A DNA stretch of 64,000 bases, taken from contig OZ244057.1 in NCBI GenBank assembly GCA_965215515.1, forward strand, positions 544,001 to 608,000, in the 5' to 3' direction. Origin of the DNA: Oligoflexales bacterium. GTDB lineage: Bacteria; Bdellovibrionota_B; Oligoflexia; Oligoflexales; JAPPIL01. Each line of letters opens with the position of its first letter. Within the stretch, counting starts at the first letter, position 1. The position numbers were made by a program, and so were the translations under genes. Below are positions 39,941-51,382 of this stretch, one piece after another. The notes under the pieces were generated by a model. The model saw nothing but the letters and a program-made list of their open reading frames with translations. It was not told the DNA's origin and did not search any database.

Positions 39941-41600
39941 GTGCCAACTGCGGGCGACTTGCTGCAGAAGCTCCCTGACAAGGAGAAGGCCAAGATCGCT
40001 AACACCTTGCTTGACGATGTGCGTAAACGCCTCGGCAATTCGAGATTGAGCCTAGTTGCTAATGATACACTAGACAATCTAGCCGTGGATTTCTGGCGCG
40101 TTTCGTCCACCGATCAGCGCGATGGCTACTCCCTCGACGCTCAGGAAAGCAAAGCGGTGGAGTATAAGAAAGCTGCTTGCCTTAAAAGCGTAAAATCTTG
40201 GGCGGTAAGTGAATCGGCATCGAAAGAGTTCGACCGTAAGAAATTCTTTGAGATGATCGGTTTCGTCGTAGAAAATGGCATCAAGAATGTTGTCTTTGAC
40301 AAGATCGATCGTGCTTGTAGAGGTCTAAGGGCAGCTGTGCTGATTGAGGACTTAATCGAATCTGGTGTGCGCTTCTACTTAGGTGTTGTGCTGGCTAAGT
40401 GGTATATCGACAACCTCAAGACCGAGATCAAGAAGGGGCTAAATACGCGGCTAGCTGAAGGCTATTTCAACGCTAGAGCACCCGTTGGCTATATCAACGT
40501 CCGTCCTAAATTTGGCAAGGCTAACCTTGAGGTGCGAGAGGGGGTGGGAGCGTTCATAAGTGAGTGCTTTGAACTCTACAAGACGGGAAACTATTCCCGT
40601 TTAGACCTTGAGAAGCTCGGCATTGCGAAAGGTATCAGCTGGGAATCCGAGCAGCGGGTCTTCAATGAGAACGGCAGGAGCAAGTTAGTTCTCACCACAA
40701 AACACGTCACTGCCAAGATGGCTTGAAAATATCTTGGTAAACCCCGTCTACTGCCAGTGCAGACGGGTTGATAACAAAATCGTAAAGGTCGAGAACGCCA
40801 AGTGGCCAGATCTTACCTCCTACACAACCTTCATGGCTTGCCAGAAGGTAAAAGGGATCAGAGCAATGCAAAGCCACTCCAAAGCAGCCGTTAGCATCCC
40901 AAAACCGCTGATGCAGCTAATGATGTGCCGAGCATGTAGTCACACCGTGACAGGTGAGGTAAAACGCAAAGCTTCAGGCAAGACGTATGTGTATTACCAT
41001 TGTGCCAACCCGCGTTGCTCACAGCGTCGCATCAATACGGAACAGAGAGAGCTGTTTCGGCAGTTTGCCGTTGCCTTTGAACCATTTGCAAGGTTTACCC
41101 CTAAAGCCACTGCCGCCTTCTTGAAGCTGATAAGGGAGCGAGTGAAAGACATCAGCCTCTACTCGGTGGAAGCAGTTAACAAGTTGAAAGCGAAACAGGC
41201 TGAACTCAATCAACGCCTGCAGGAGATTGAAGACTTACAGCAGAAAGGTTTACTGTCGTCTAAAGAGCTAGCCAACCTCAAAGCGGCAAGAGATCAGGAA
41301 GTCGAGGCAGCTGAGGTTGAGATCGGTGCACACATAAAAGCTGATATGCGAACTTTAGAGGTTGGGCTAAACATCATCGAACTGCTAAAGAATGCCCGTG
41401 ACTTCATGCACTTAGATGGGTTTGAACTGGAAAAAGCACGACTGCTAAAAGCAATGCTATCGAACCCGACCTTGGAAGATGGAATTATTGAATTTAATTA
41501 CCGAAAACCGTTCGACGACCTCCTGCACTTGACAGGGGGTCGGAATTGGTGGAGTTTAGCAATCGCGACACAGAATCCGTGCTCATTCCACAATTCCTAA
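39941..41600 (+). pseudogene. large serine recombinase with Zn ribbon, frameshifted (39941-40726 and 40734-41600)
   Basis: WRVSSTDQ..GYSL..Q, DKIDR, AP.GY and C..C...YYHC motifs; frameshift near 40726 and an apparent internal deletion. Confidence 0.8.
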
Positions 41601-41609
41601 GGGCAAGGG

Positions 41610-41933
41610 ATGGCATCTACATACAGGGGAGCAGTAGCTAGCATGGCAGCAACGGGCGGCAAAGGTGCACTGAAGGGAGTGCTCTTCGGGGCGGCGATCG
41701 GTGCTGCTAGCAGCTACCTGATCCACAAGGCGTTGCAGAAAAGGGATAGCAAGACGAGGCGGCAGACGCTACTCAACCTCGATAAGTTTTCAGTCTCTGC
41801 ACCGACAAGAGGGCAAGGTGTACAGAACTTTCGGTTGTCAGCTCCTGACGTAGATGCGGGAACAATGTATAAAAAGCGTATGAACCACAAGGAGATGAAG
41901 GCACTGGTGCTGAAGGTTGTGGCGTGGAGCTAG
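41610..41933 (+). CDS. hypothetical protein fragment with glycine-zipper-like segment
   Basis: GALKGVLFGAAIGAASSY; appears chimeric or truncated. Confidence 0.35.
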   Translation: MASTYRGAVASMAATGGKGALKGVLFGAAIGAASSYLIHKALQKRDSKTRRQTLLNLDKFSVSAPTRGQGVQNFRLSAPDVDAGTMYKKRMNHKEMKALVLKVVAWS

Positions 41934-42019
41934 AAAGCGGTAAGTAGCCGCGCTGCGCGGCCTTGCTGAACAGCACATCAGGAGCTGGCAACCGTTTAAT
42001 AAGGAGTGGCCAACGCTTG

Positions 42020-43600
42020 AAGGGGCAGTTTACTTGCGTCTATCGGATGATACGCAGGTAGCCGTTGAACGGGGATCGCTGGAACAACAAATTCACATCG
42101 CCATCTCTGAAGCCGTATATCGATCAGAGCAGGAGCGGATGAATTACAGGATTACCGAGTTCTACATTGAGCCAGGCATCACGGGCACGCATGGCAATCG
42201 CCCTCTGTTGCCGCTTTCTCGCTCCACATCAGGCTACAGCACAACATCAGCCTCAAAAAACATGGCAATAGCAATTACACCAGCGAACAAGAAGCGAGCT
42301 AGCAAGCGAGCGTTACAAAAAGGCGGCGTAGCGGTTCTTCAGGCTGTGCCAGAAATACGATTGCGAGATATGCCTTAGAGGACTGCCGTTCAACCCTAAC
42401 GACCCCGCTTCGATCTTGCAGCTTGATCAGCTGGCAGCCTTTGCTGAATTTGAATCACGGACGACCTCCAAGCGTATCAGGGAAAGTAATCACTCTGCTT
42501 TGTTGACATCAGGGAAGTTTAACACCCACTACCCGCTATTGGGGTTTGATGTGGTCAGAAATGAATACGGCGAATGCACAGGCATCTACAAGCCCAACAA
42601 GGCAGAGCTAAAGCAGGTTGAGCTGATTATGAAACAATTTCTGCGCGTAGACAGGTTTAATCTGCTGATAGATTGGTGCAGGAAGATGAACATCAAAACC
42701 AAACGAGGCGAGAATTTCACTAAACACAGTATCAGAACGCTGCTGACCAATCCCCGTTACGTCGGCAAGTGGTATCGCAACAAGCACAACGAGGACAAGC
42801 GGCAGAGTAAGCTCATGCCTTATGAACGCTACACCGAAGTTAAATTGTGGCACGGTTGCGTTATCGACGAAGGGCTGTGGCTGCGAATTCAAAACAAGGT
42901 TAAGGAAATAGGCGAGTCGCGAGCACAGGCAATCAATCACTGCTACCCCTTATCTGGTTTGTTGTTTTTCAATGACGAATCAACTTTTGTCGGTAGTAGC
43001 GCATGGGGAAGAAAACGAAGATCGACCTACTACCACAATAGAGTTAACAAAATCAGGATCAGGACAGAGATTTTCGAGACGGCGGTAGAAACGGTCTTGC
43101 GTCAGATCATTGAAAACTCTCCAGAGTTTCAAGCAAGCATTGCAAATCATTCGGCACAAAAAGACACCGCGCTTAGTGTCGCAGCGGGAAAAATTGCCGA
43201 GATCGACACGAAACTAGACGAACTGGCAGACGAGAGGCAACGACTAGACCGCCGTTTGAACTTTCTGCTCGAAGACGATGATCTTGAGATGGCACGCTCT
43301 TTCAGGGAGGAGTATAGGGAGCGAGTTTCTGCTATGAAAGGCGAGGAACAGGAGCTTGCCGACAGGAAGCAACAGCTGCAGTTTGTGCAAAGACAGCTGG
43401 ATGAAACAAAGAACGTCAGCAAGAGCAGTTGGCTAGAGCATGTCAACCAAGCGCGATAAACTGTATAGGCAAGAAGGACTTGGTCGCACTCCAGTCTGCT
43501 TATAGGCGACTGTTTCACAAAATTATTGTTCACCCGTTGGAAAATGCAAAATTGCAGCTGGAGTTTGTTTTTAACGAAGTGTTTACATCTGCTTGCAGGG
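42020..43600 (+). pseudogene. second large serine recombinase, fragmented
   Basis: YLRLS...GSLEQQ, EPGITG..NRP, then AFAEFESRTTSKR, LGFD, NPRYVG and LSG followed by a coiled coil; interrupted at ~42200-42400 and 43459. Confidence 0.75.
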
Positions 43601-43683
43601 GAATGGACAAAATATGTCCCTCGGTTGATAGAATGGGCTCTAGAAATGAAGAGACAGAATTTTTGTTCAACCAACAGTTATCA

Positions 43684-44145
43684 ATGAAATCAAGCAGCTA
43701 TGACACTTCTTCTCTTATCCCTGAACCCCTGATCAAACAAAAATACCTCGAAGATTGCCTTTCAATTCGAGAAATTGCTAGAGAGTTTTCTTGTTCAAAA
43801 ACACACATCAGAAACCAGCTTCTCAAATACAACATCCCCATTAGAGAACCATCCAAGTATCACAAAGATCACAGCCGCACTTATGGAAAACGGAGGGTCG
43901 GTGGCAAAACCGTAGACCACAAAAGAGAGCAGAGAACCATTGCCACCATCAAAGAGATGTATAGCGAGGGAATCAAGCCAACTTCAATCGCTAGATTCTT
44001 GGATACCATGAAAACTCCCACCAAACAGCAGGGTAAGGGCTGGCATCATCACACGGTTATCACAATTCTCAAGCGAGAAGGGCTATATGTAACAAAAAAC
44101 AAACCTAGGAGGAGAAAATGGACACCATCGTCAATCTCATCATGA
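43684..44145 (+). CDS. HTH + recombinase DNA-binding domain protein
   Basis: LSIREIAREFSCSKT HTH; YG...IARFL...PTK..G..W...TV..IL recombinase-domain signature. Confidence 0.65.
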   Translation: MKSSSYDTSSLIPEPLIKQKYLEDCLSIREIAREFSCSKTHIRNQLLKYNIPIREPSKYHKDHSRTYGKRRVGGKTVDHKREQRTIATIKEMYSEGIKPTSIARFLDTMKTPTKQQGKGWHHHTVITILKREGLYVTKNKPRRRKWTPSSISS

Positions 44146-44751
44146 CAGTATTACTCTTGGCTGGAGCAGGCTATGCTGCCAAGAAGCTTTTACCCCTCGT
44201 GCAGAAAACCGCTATCGAACGCATCGACAAGGGTCTATCCTCTACTGAGGAGCTTACCCGAAAACTGACGGGGGAGTAGGTCGATTTTTGATGGTCAGGT
44301 GGATGTCTCGTACTGTACGGATGCCCATCAAGAAAGCTTCAGTCGCTTTGTCATCTCCACAACTGCAAGGCGAGTTACTTATATGGATGAGATACTCCTA
44401 AAATCTGTGGGTAGGAGCACATCCTTATATCAGCCAATGCCAACAACTAGTCATTATATTATTTCCTGTAAAAAACTGATCAATTTGTTGTCAAGTCAGC
44501 TCCTACTTGTATCTTAGAAGCACTTACTATTTTACGAAGCCAAGAAGATCACCAAGCAATGAACTGATGCTCCCCAATGTAGTAGCCCTATGAAAAAGAT
44601 GAGGAGTATTTCCCATCGTCAGTTCCCCAGTACTAGTGGAAATTAGCACTTTACTTTAGGAATATATCTCAAATTTCCGAAAAGTAATGAGTTGGGGTAG
44701 TTTCCTTTTCGGAAACTATACGCTTCTAGGAGTAGCTCCCAACGCAGAATC

Positions 44752-44782
44752 AATAAGCTTGTGAAAAACAAGCTTATTTTTT
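44752..44782 (+). terminator. perfect hairpin followed by a T-run (terminator-like or operator)
   Basis: aataagcttg-tgaaaaa-caagcttatt-tttt; AT-rich stem. Confidence 0.4.
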
Positions 44783-44860
44783 GCTAGAGGGTACACCTGC
44801 TTGCTCTTAAACCCTCAGTTAGTCTTGGACAGTCGTAGCAATGGGGGTTGTTGGCTAGTT

Positions 44861-46957
44861 ATGGTGAAAAGAATAATATACTCAATTCTAGCATGGACAA
44901 GATGGCTGTTGACTGGCACGGAAGACTCTATAACGCCTAGACCACCTGCCATCACACGGCAGAGAAGAAAGGATTCAAACAGCCATAGAGAATCTCTGAG
45001 TAGTCAAGATAGCCTGACTTACGAAACCCCCACCGAACAACCTTCAGATGACGATGTATCTGCAGTGTCAACAATCACCACAGTCAATGAGTCTTGCTCA
45101 GTCCCCTCTAATGATGCGTCACCATCTCCAAACACTAATGGTCTGGAGCTAGAGTCTTCCAGCCTGTCAGAAGCCACGCAAAAAGAGATGAAGATGCCAT
45201 CTACACAGCAGTCTGCTAGAATTCCACAAAAAACTTCGCATGAAGTCGTCAAACAACCCGGAGGCAACTCTCATCAAGAAATGCCTAATACTGCAGGTGC
45301 AGGCAATATAGAACCCAAGAAGCCAAAACTGCCACGCAAGATTGGAGGAAGACGTAGGCCAAAAGAACAAAAAACAACGCGACAGCCACCAAAACCTCGT
45401 CCAGAATTGATTTGTCGCGAGAATTGTGAATCTCAGCAGTGGGAGATAATCCTGACCGCAGGTGACGAATGCCAGATCAAGACCGTACATCAAAACGGTG
45501 TTTCTTTGGACATGAGAGACCATGAGTATCGCCTCTCGTCACTCACCAAACCATTGCAAATAGTTCTTGAGAGCGGGGAAGAATATGGATTCCCACTGTT
45601 TGAAGAGAAGCCATTTATTTTTAAATTGAGAAATGACTGGAAAGACAAGGGGCGTAAGACGGCTAGCATCAACAGGGGGCACTTTCTTGTAATTGTACCA
45701 AAAGAATGGGAACGAACAGGTCATGTTCCAGTTGAACCAAGCTTTTGCATGAACAAAAGTTTTAAGGCACATTATTTTTTCGGAGAGGATAATTATTTGG
45801 AAGAAGACATTGGAGGTTTTAGTCAGTGTGCTTTACCAACCAAATCAATTTTTAAGCTTACTGGCCAGCGTGTCTTCGATGATTCTGATGGCGGTGAACT
45901 GTTTGTTGGTGCTGTCCCAAGCTTAAAGCTTTTACAAGATATTGGTTGGGTGCGAATAGGAGAGGAGAAAAAAGGCGGTTGGAAGGGTGAAAATTTCAAT
46001 TCCAATGAGCAGAATATAACAGACATATTGAGTAATCGTGAGGGACATTTTTTTATCAGAGTTTATGATAACGAAGCTAGACAACTGGATAGTGGCGAAT
46101 TTCGTTATCTGAGTGATCTCGAAAAAATACTTGTGAATGGTAAGCCATACGAAAGAAATATGGTTCTTGTCCCGCCGCCGACTGGCTACCCTACGATAAA
46201 CGTGAGTTTCATTAGCAAAAATAACACAACCCTGCGTCCTATCTTGATGCACGATACGCAACACACTAAAGTGCAGGGAAGTAACCTCATTGTCGAGGCA
46301 CACCCAGATGGAGACAGTATATCTTGTAAACTTGAAAGCAACACAGGCAGTGTTGATCTCATATTAAATCTGCCGCGTATCTGGTGGAAAATTACCAGTG
46401 GTAAGTCTGATGAGTGGCATGACACACCACTTGTAATGACACGGCAGGAATTTTCTAAACATGCCAAACTGGATACCTATATCCAAATCCGTTTGTCACA
46501 ACGATTACGACATATTGGTGTTGGTTTCAACGACGAGTTAGAGCGAAAGTATAGTCGGGAGGGAGGTAAAAATGGCATTAACATCAGGTTGAAGGATTTC
46601 ATCGATTACTCACAAATAGATCAAAGGCTGGATAAGGATGCCGTGTTTAACATCAAGTGCGATGAAGAGATACTAACAATAATCAAGATTTCCTCCGATC
46701 CTATACCTGATAATGTCTCCGATGTAACCAAAAGTGTCACAGTATCTCAGCTGATAAAGCAAACAGGTAAACCAACAGCTATTGTAAGGAAAGTTACTGG
46801 TGGTTGGCGGAGAGGCAGGGGGTTTAGCATTGGCGAGATTAAAGATGCTGGGCTTACAGCTGCTGAAGCTATACACAGCTCTATTTCAGTTGACAAGCGG
46901 CGAAGAAGCACGCATTCAACTAACACAAAATTCATTAGGATACTGATAAATGCCTGA
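44861..46957 (+). CDS. large hypothetical protein with C-terminal ribosomal L13e-like domain
   Basis: Low-complexity N-terminus; C-terminal RRGRGFSIGEIKDAGL...ISVDKRRRSTH..N; stop overlaps the helicase start. Confidence 0.75.
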   Translation: MVKRIIYSILAWTRWLLTGTEDSITPRPPAITRQRRKDSNSHRESLSSQDSLTYETPTEQPSDDDVSAVSTITTVNESCSVPSNDASPSPNTNGLELESSSLSEATQKEMKMPSTQQSARIPQKTSHEVVKQPGGNSHQEMPNTAGAGNIEPKKPKLPRKIGGRRRPKEQKTTRQPPKPRPELICRENCESQQWEIILTAGDECQIKTVHQNGVSLDMRDHEYRLSSLTKPLQIVLESGEEYGFPLFEEKPFIFKLRNDWKDKGRKTASINRGHFLVIVPKEWERTGHVPVEPSFCMNKSFKAHYFFGEDNYLEEDIGGFSQCALPTKSIFKLTGQRVFDDSDGGELFVGAVPSLKLLQDIGWVRIGEEKKGGWKGENFNSNEQNITDILSNREGHFFIRVYDNEARQLDSGEFRYLSDLEKILVNGKPYERNMVLVPPPTGYPTINVSFISKNNTTLRPILMHDTQHTKVQGSNLIVEAHPDGDSISCKLESNTGSVDLILNLPRIWWKITSGKSDEWHDTPLVMTRQEFSKHAKLDTYIQIRLSQRLRHIGVGFNDELERKYSREGGKNGINIRLKDFIDYSQIDQRLDKDAVFNIKCDEEILTIIKISSDPIPDNVSDVTKSVTVSQLIKQTGKPTAIVRKVTGGWRRGRGFSIGEIKDAGLTAAEAIHSSISVDKRRRSTHSTNTKFIRILINA

Positions 46958-49900
46958 CAAAGACGACATAAAGGATTGGCCTAAGAAAATTTGCCAACGC
47001 TACGAGAGCTACTTAAAAACATCCTTCTTCTTTAAATATCCTAATCTCAGAAAATCTTTCCAAGAAGCATTGAGGAAAGAAGGCAGTCTTATGAAAGATC
47101 CAATCCCTGAAGAATATCGTAGTTTTAAGAAAGGCTTGACAGCTCAGGCATTAGCACAGAAATTTTTCCCTAGTAACAGCGATAGTCTTCTTCCAACTCT
47201 GATCGACGAGCAACTTTATACTCACCAAGAGAATGCTATTCGAGCCGCACATTCAAATTTTAACATCGTCGTTGCCACTGGCACAGCTAGCGGCAAGACC
47301 GAGAGTTTTCTTTACCCGATATTGTTCGAGCTGTATCAACAATATCTTGACGGCGAGCTTGAGAGGACTGGTGTGCGTGCTATGATTCTTTATCCTATGA
47401 ATGCACTTGCCAACGATCAGCGCGAGCGTCTTGGTGAAATCTGCAAGAATCTGGAAGATGCTGGTTCTAGGTTCAAGCCAACATTTGGGCAATACATCGG
47501 TCAGACACCTAATAACGCTCGTGACTATCACCGTAATGCTACAACACGAAGAGAAGATCGTCTGCCTGGAGAGCTTATTTTCCGTGATGATATGCGAAAA
47601 ACACCACCCCACATATTGTTGACCAACTACTCGATGTTAGAATATCTGCTCATTCGTCCTGACGACAGTCCACTGTTCGACAACGGTATGGGTAAACATT
47701 GGCAATTTATTGTGCTCGACGAGGCACATCAGTATCGTGGTGCTAAGGGCATGGAAATGGGTATGCTTATTCGGCGACTCAAACAGCGGTTACGAGACGG
47801 AGGGCGACAAGAGCCATTCCGTTGTATCGCTACCAGTGCCACCATTTCTTCTGGTAAAAGTGAGCAAGATAAGCAAGTGGTTGCTAATTTTGCTAAGGAA
47901 CTCTTTGGAGAAAAATTTTCTGCAAATGATGGCATTATTTTTGGTGATCCTGCACCCTCTAATAACGAAACACCTACTCGTTATCACGCCTTCTTTCGAG
48001 CACTTGAAGGGGCGTTTCTAATCCATAAAAACGGCGAAGATATTGTGGTACTCAATCGCAAAAGTGAGGGCGAAAACGAGAAGAGTGCAGTACCATTGGA
48101 AATAGCCTTGTGCAGAGAATGTGGCCAGCACTACTACGTTGGACGAGAGCATGAGGGAAAACTAGTGGAAGCTATACGAGATCCTAGTGACCCCCACTTC
48201 GGTGTAGACTACTACCTGCCTTTAAAGGATGACGATAATACGGGTGATGGACACGCACTATTGTTGTGCAGGAGCTGTAGTAAGATATCAAAATCCAAGC
48301 CAGAGTGCAGTTGCAATGCGACAATTTTTGTCAAAAAATGCGAACCACATAAAGATCATGCAGATCAGCTAGTGAAATGTGAGATCTGTGACTATAAGCG
48401 CGGTGGCATTGGTGACCCAGTGCAGGAAATTGTGCATGGCACTGATGGTCCCAATGCGGTTATAGCGACTGCTATGCACGAGTTATTGCCAGAGAATAAG
48501 CGCAAGGTACTTGCATTCGCTGATAGCCGTCAGGAAGCAGCGTTCTTTGCTTGGTACGCTGAGGATTCTTATGAAAAATTACGCGATCGCAACCTCCTTT
48601 TGAGAGCTATGACATTCAGTCGAGTTGACAAGGAGGGCTTATCCATAGATGATCTTAAAAACCGCCTATTACGCCAGTGTGAACAAGCTGGTCTATTTGT
48701 TAAAGCAGAAACCAAAGAGCAAAAGAGTTGGCAGGTACTAACGTCAATTTTGCGTGAAGCACTTACAGATGAAAGAAGATTATCCTTGAGCGGGGTTGGA
48801 TTAGTTAAGTGGTTTGTTAAGATTCCAGAAGATTTGATTGTACCAGAAATTATGCTACAGCCGCCGTGGAGTTTCACAAGAGAAGAAGCACTTTGTTTAA
48901 TTGGTTACCTATTGGATGAGCTACGCCTACACCGTGCCATGAATTTGCCAGAGAATGCCGCTACTCCAGATTGGAACGATGTCTCACCTGATCGTATACA
49001 AATTAGCTATTGCAAGGGGAAACCAGGAAGACAAAAGGGCGTGTCACAGTGGGGAAGTCCTCAGTCTGCTGTTGTCAAATACTTTCTGCGCAGGCTACTA
49101 GAAGGTAGTAACCTTCTAGTCGAGCAACATCAGGGAGAGTCAACAAAGCTGATGGAAGAAATATGGGATGTAATAAGAAAAATCAAAGATCCCCCAATTC
49201 TCTCTACTGGCTCGAATAACGGAACGTTTCGCCTCAACCCATGCTGGCTGCGCATCAAACCCGTTAAATTTGATGAGATATGGCAATGCGACACCTGCGC
49301 AAGTCTGAGTACTCACAACATTAGAAATGTTTGTCCACGCAATCGTTGCCCTGGCTTTCTGAATAATGTCGAGGAGAAGCAAACTGAGGAAAACCACTAC
49401 CGAATCATCTACAAAAGCACTGAGTTACCTCCTTCACTTAGTGCCAAAGAGCATACGGCACAGATTGATACCGACAAGGCACGGCAGCGGCAGCAAGAAT
49501 TCAAGGACGGAAAGATCCATCTACTAAGCTCTTCGACAACTTTTGAGGTTGGTGTCGATTTGGGTGATCTAGAAATCGTGTTTCTCCGTAACGTGCCACC
49601 AGAATCTTTCAACTACATCCAGCGTGTCGGACGGGCAGGAAGACGGGATACACCAGGTTTGGCAATAACCTACTGTCGTCGTAATCCACACGACCTCTAT
49701 CATTATGAAGATCCAAATAGAGCAATAAAGGGTACTATACACCCACCACACCTGAATATGACAAACGAAAAAATTGTATTGCGACACATGGTCGCTACCG
49801 TACTATCAGCGTTCTTCAGAGAAAATGAAGGTCGCTTCAAAGGCGTGGAGAGCTTTATCAAGAACTGGGACAGCCCGGCGATGGTAGGCGATGTAAGACA

Positions 49901-51197
49901 ATATTGTGAGGAAAACAACAAATTGCAAGATTACTTATGTCAAATTGTGCCCCAAGACATGCACGAGAAAACAGGGCTTGAGAATGGTGAATGGGTCAAA
50001 TATATTACTGGCGACAACAGTCGCCTCGCAATATCAGAGAAAGAAGTTAGCGAGGACTATAAACACATGGATAAAATAAGAGAAGAGGAGGCTAGTAAGA
50101 AAAATTATAGCCGTGCAGGTCGCATCGTCAGTCGCATGAAAACAATTGCCAGTGAGAAAACATTAGATTTTCTTTCTCGCAAAGCTGTTATACCGAAATA
50201 TGGCTTCCCCGTAGATGTTGTCGAGCTAGATACTCGCTCCGCGGATAAAAACAAAAGTGGCATCACTCTCCAGCGAGATCTATCTCAAGCTATTGCTGAG
50301 TATGCTCCCGATGGAAAAGTGGTAGCCAACAAGCTAGAGTGGAAATCGTGTGGAGTAAAAGTTGTATCTGGCAAAAGATTTCCTGTAAGATATTATCAAT
50401 ACGATAATGCTCGCAATTTTAACCAGTGGAACGAGGGTGATCCATCCAAACCGGAAGATGTTGAAAAAAAATATCTTATCCCAGAGTTTGGCTTTGTTAC
50501 TCCCTTTCTTGAGAAACCCAAACCACCGTCCAGACGGACACCACGTCTTTACACAACGCGTCCATTTTTTTTAAAGCCTAAAGAAGAAAATGAACTTGAG
50601 CCTAAAAACATTCTCGGCGTACAGGTGATCGCTCCACAGCCAGGTACTCTGGTTATTCTCTGTGAGGGAAAAAACATGAACAGATTCTATGTTTGCCTTG
50701 ACTGTGGTTGCCACATGGCAAAGACAAAAAAAGAACACAAATCTCCTTTTGGCTCAGATTGCAAAGGAATGTTAAAACGGTTTTCACTCGGCCACGAAAT
50801 GGTCACAGATGTTGTGCGCTTACAATTTCCAGATGTGTGTAACGAGTGGAAAGCCTATTCTGTTGCTTATGCCGTCTTACTTGGTACAGCGGAAACACTG
50901 AGCGTTCCTGCCAGTGACCTGAATGTAACCATAACTGGTGGCCGCAAGCCAGACGAATCCGCTATCGTGCTCTATGATAACGTACCTGGTGGAGCGGGGC
51001 TGGTGGCACAATTGGAACAGGAGGAGGTATTTCGTGAGATGATCACCAACGCGAAGAACAGAGTTGTAGGCAATTGCGGCTGTGATTCCAGTTGTTATGG
51101 TTGTCTGCGTAGCTACCGCAACCAATTCGCACACCCTCACCTAGATCGTAGGCTGGCACTAGAAGTTCTCGAAGGTGTAGAAAAGAACGAGATCTGA
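46950..51197 (+). CDS. DEAD/DEAH helicase with C-terminal DUF1998 Zn domain (DruE/DrmA-like defence helicase)
   Basis: LYTHQ, TGTASGKTE, YPMNALANDQ, DEAH, SAT, QRVGRAGR, YGFPVD, LYDNVPGGAG and C.CDSSCYGCL motifs. Confidence 0.92.
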   Translation: MPDKDDIKDWPKKICQRYESYLKTSFFFKYPNLRKSFQEALRKEGSLMKDPIPEEYRSFKKGLTAQALAQKFFPSNSDSLLPTLIDEQLYTHQENAIRAAHSNFNIVVATGTASGKTESFLYPILFELYQQYLDGELERTGVRAMILYPMNALANDQRERLGEICKNLEDAGSRFKPTFGQYIGQTPNNARDYHRNATTRREDRLPGELIFRDDMRKTPPHILLTNYSMLEYLLIRPDDSPLFDNGMGKHWQFIVLDEAHQYRGAKGMEMGMLIRRLKQRLRDGGRQEPFRCIATSATISSGKSEQDKQVVANFAKELFGEKFSANDGIIFGDPAPSNNETPTRYHAFFRALEGAFLIHKNGEDIVVLNRKSEGENEKSAVPLEIALCRECGQHYYVGREHEGKLVEAIRDPSDPHFGVDYYLPLKDDDNTGDGHALLLCRSCSKISKSKPECSCNATIFVKKCEPHKDHADQLVKCEICDYKRGGIGDPVQEIVHGTDGPNAVIATAMHELLPENKRKVLAFADSRQEAAFFAWYAEDSYEKLRDRNLLLRAMTFSRVDKEGLSIDDLKNRLLRQCEQAGLFVKAETKEQKSWQVLTSILREALTDERRLSLSGVGLVKWFVKIPEDLIVPEIMLQPPWSFTREEALCLIGYLLDELRLHRAMNLPENAATPDWNDVSPDRIQISYCKGKPGRQKGVSQWGSPQSAVVKYFLRRLLEGSNLLVEQHQGESTKLMEEIWDVIRKIKDPPILSTGSNNGTFRLNPCWLRIKPVKFDEIWQCDTCASLSTHNIRNVCPRNRCPGFLNNVEEKQTEENHYRIIYKSTELPPSLSAKEHTAQIDTDKARQRQQEFKDGKIHLLSSSTTFEVGVDLGDLEIVFLRNVPPESFNYIQRVGRAGRRDTPGLAITYCRRNPHDLYHYEDPNRAIKGTIHPPHLNMTNEKIVLRHMVATVLSAFFRENEGRFKGVESFIKNWDSPAMVGDVRQYCEENNKLQDYLCQIVPQDMHEKTGLENGEWVKYITGDNSRLAISEKEVSEDYKHMDKIREEEASKKNYSRAGRIVSRMKTIASEKTLDFLSRKAVIPKYGFPVDVVELDTRSADKNKSGITLQRDLSQAIAEYAPDGKVVANKLEWKSCGVKVVSGKRFPVRYYQYDNARNFNQWNEGDPSKPEDVEKKYLIPEFGFVTPFLEKPKPPSRRTPRLYTTRPFFLKPKEENELEPKNILGVQVIAPQPGTLVILCEGKNMNRFYVCLDCGCHMAKTKKEHKSPFGSDCKGMLKRFSLGHEMVTDVVRLQFPDVCNEWKAYSVAYAVLLGTAETLSVPASDLNVTITGGRKPDESAIVLYDNVPGGAGLVAQLEQEEVFREMITNAKNRVVGNCGCDSSCYGCLRSYRNQFAHPHLDRRLALEVLEGVEKNEI

Positions 51198-51382
51198 TAC
51201 CACCAGTAGTAGACCATTGCCGTAGCCTACAATCACATTCAGAAATTCACACAACCAAACTTGTTTGTTAAAACTGCAAGCTGATACATCAAAGTGGAAA
51301 ACAGTGCGTTAACTACCCTACCTTGATCGGTCGAGTGTGTGCAGGCTATCATATATTATATATCAGCTCTGGAGAAAATCAA

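Noticed and set aside
41547..41554. TGGTGGAG at the recombinase end as a tRNA/tmRNA-derived att site
   Set aside because: Only 8 bp, and no matching tRNA/tmRNA or second copy could be found in the window
46769..46957. Genuine ribosomal L13e gene or archaeal contamination
   Set aside because: The motif is the in-frame tail of a ~700-aa protein in a bacterial island operon
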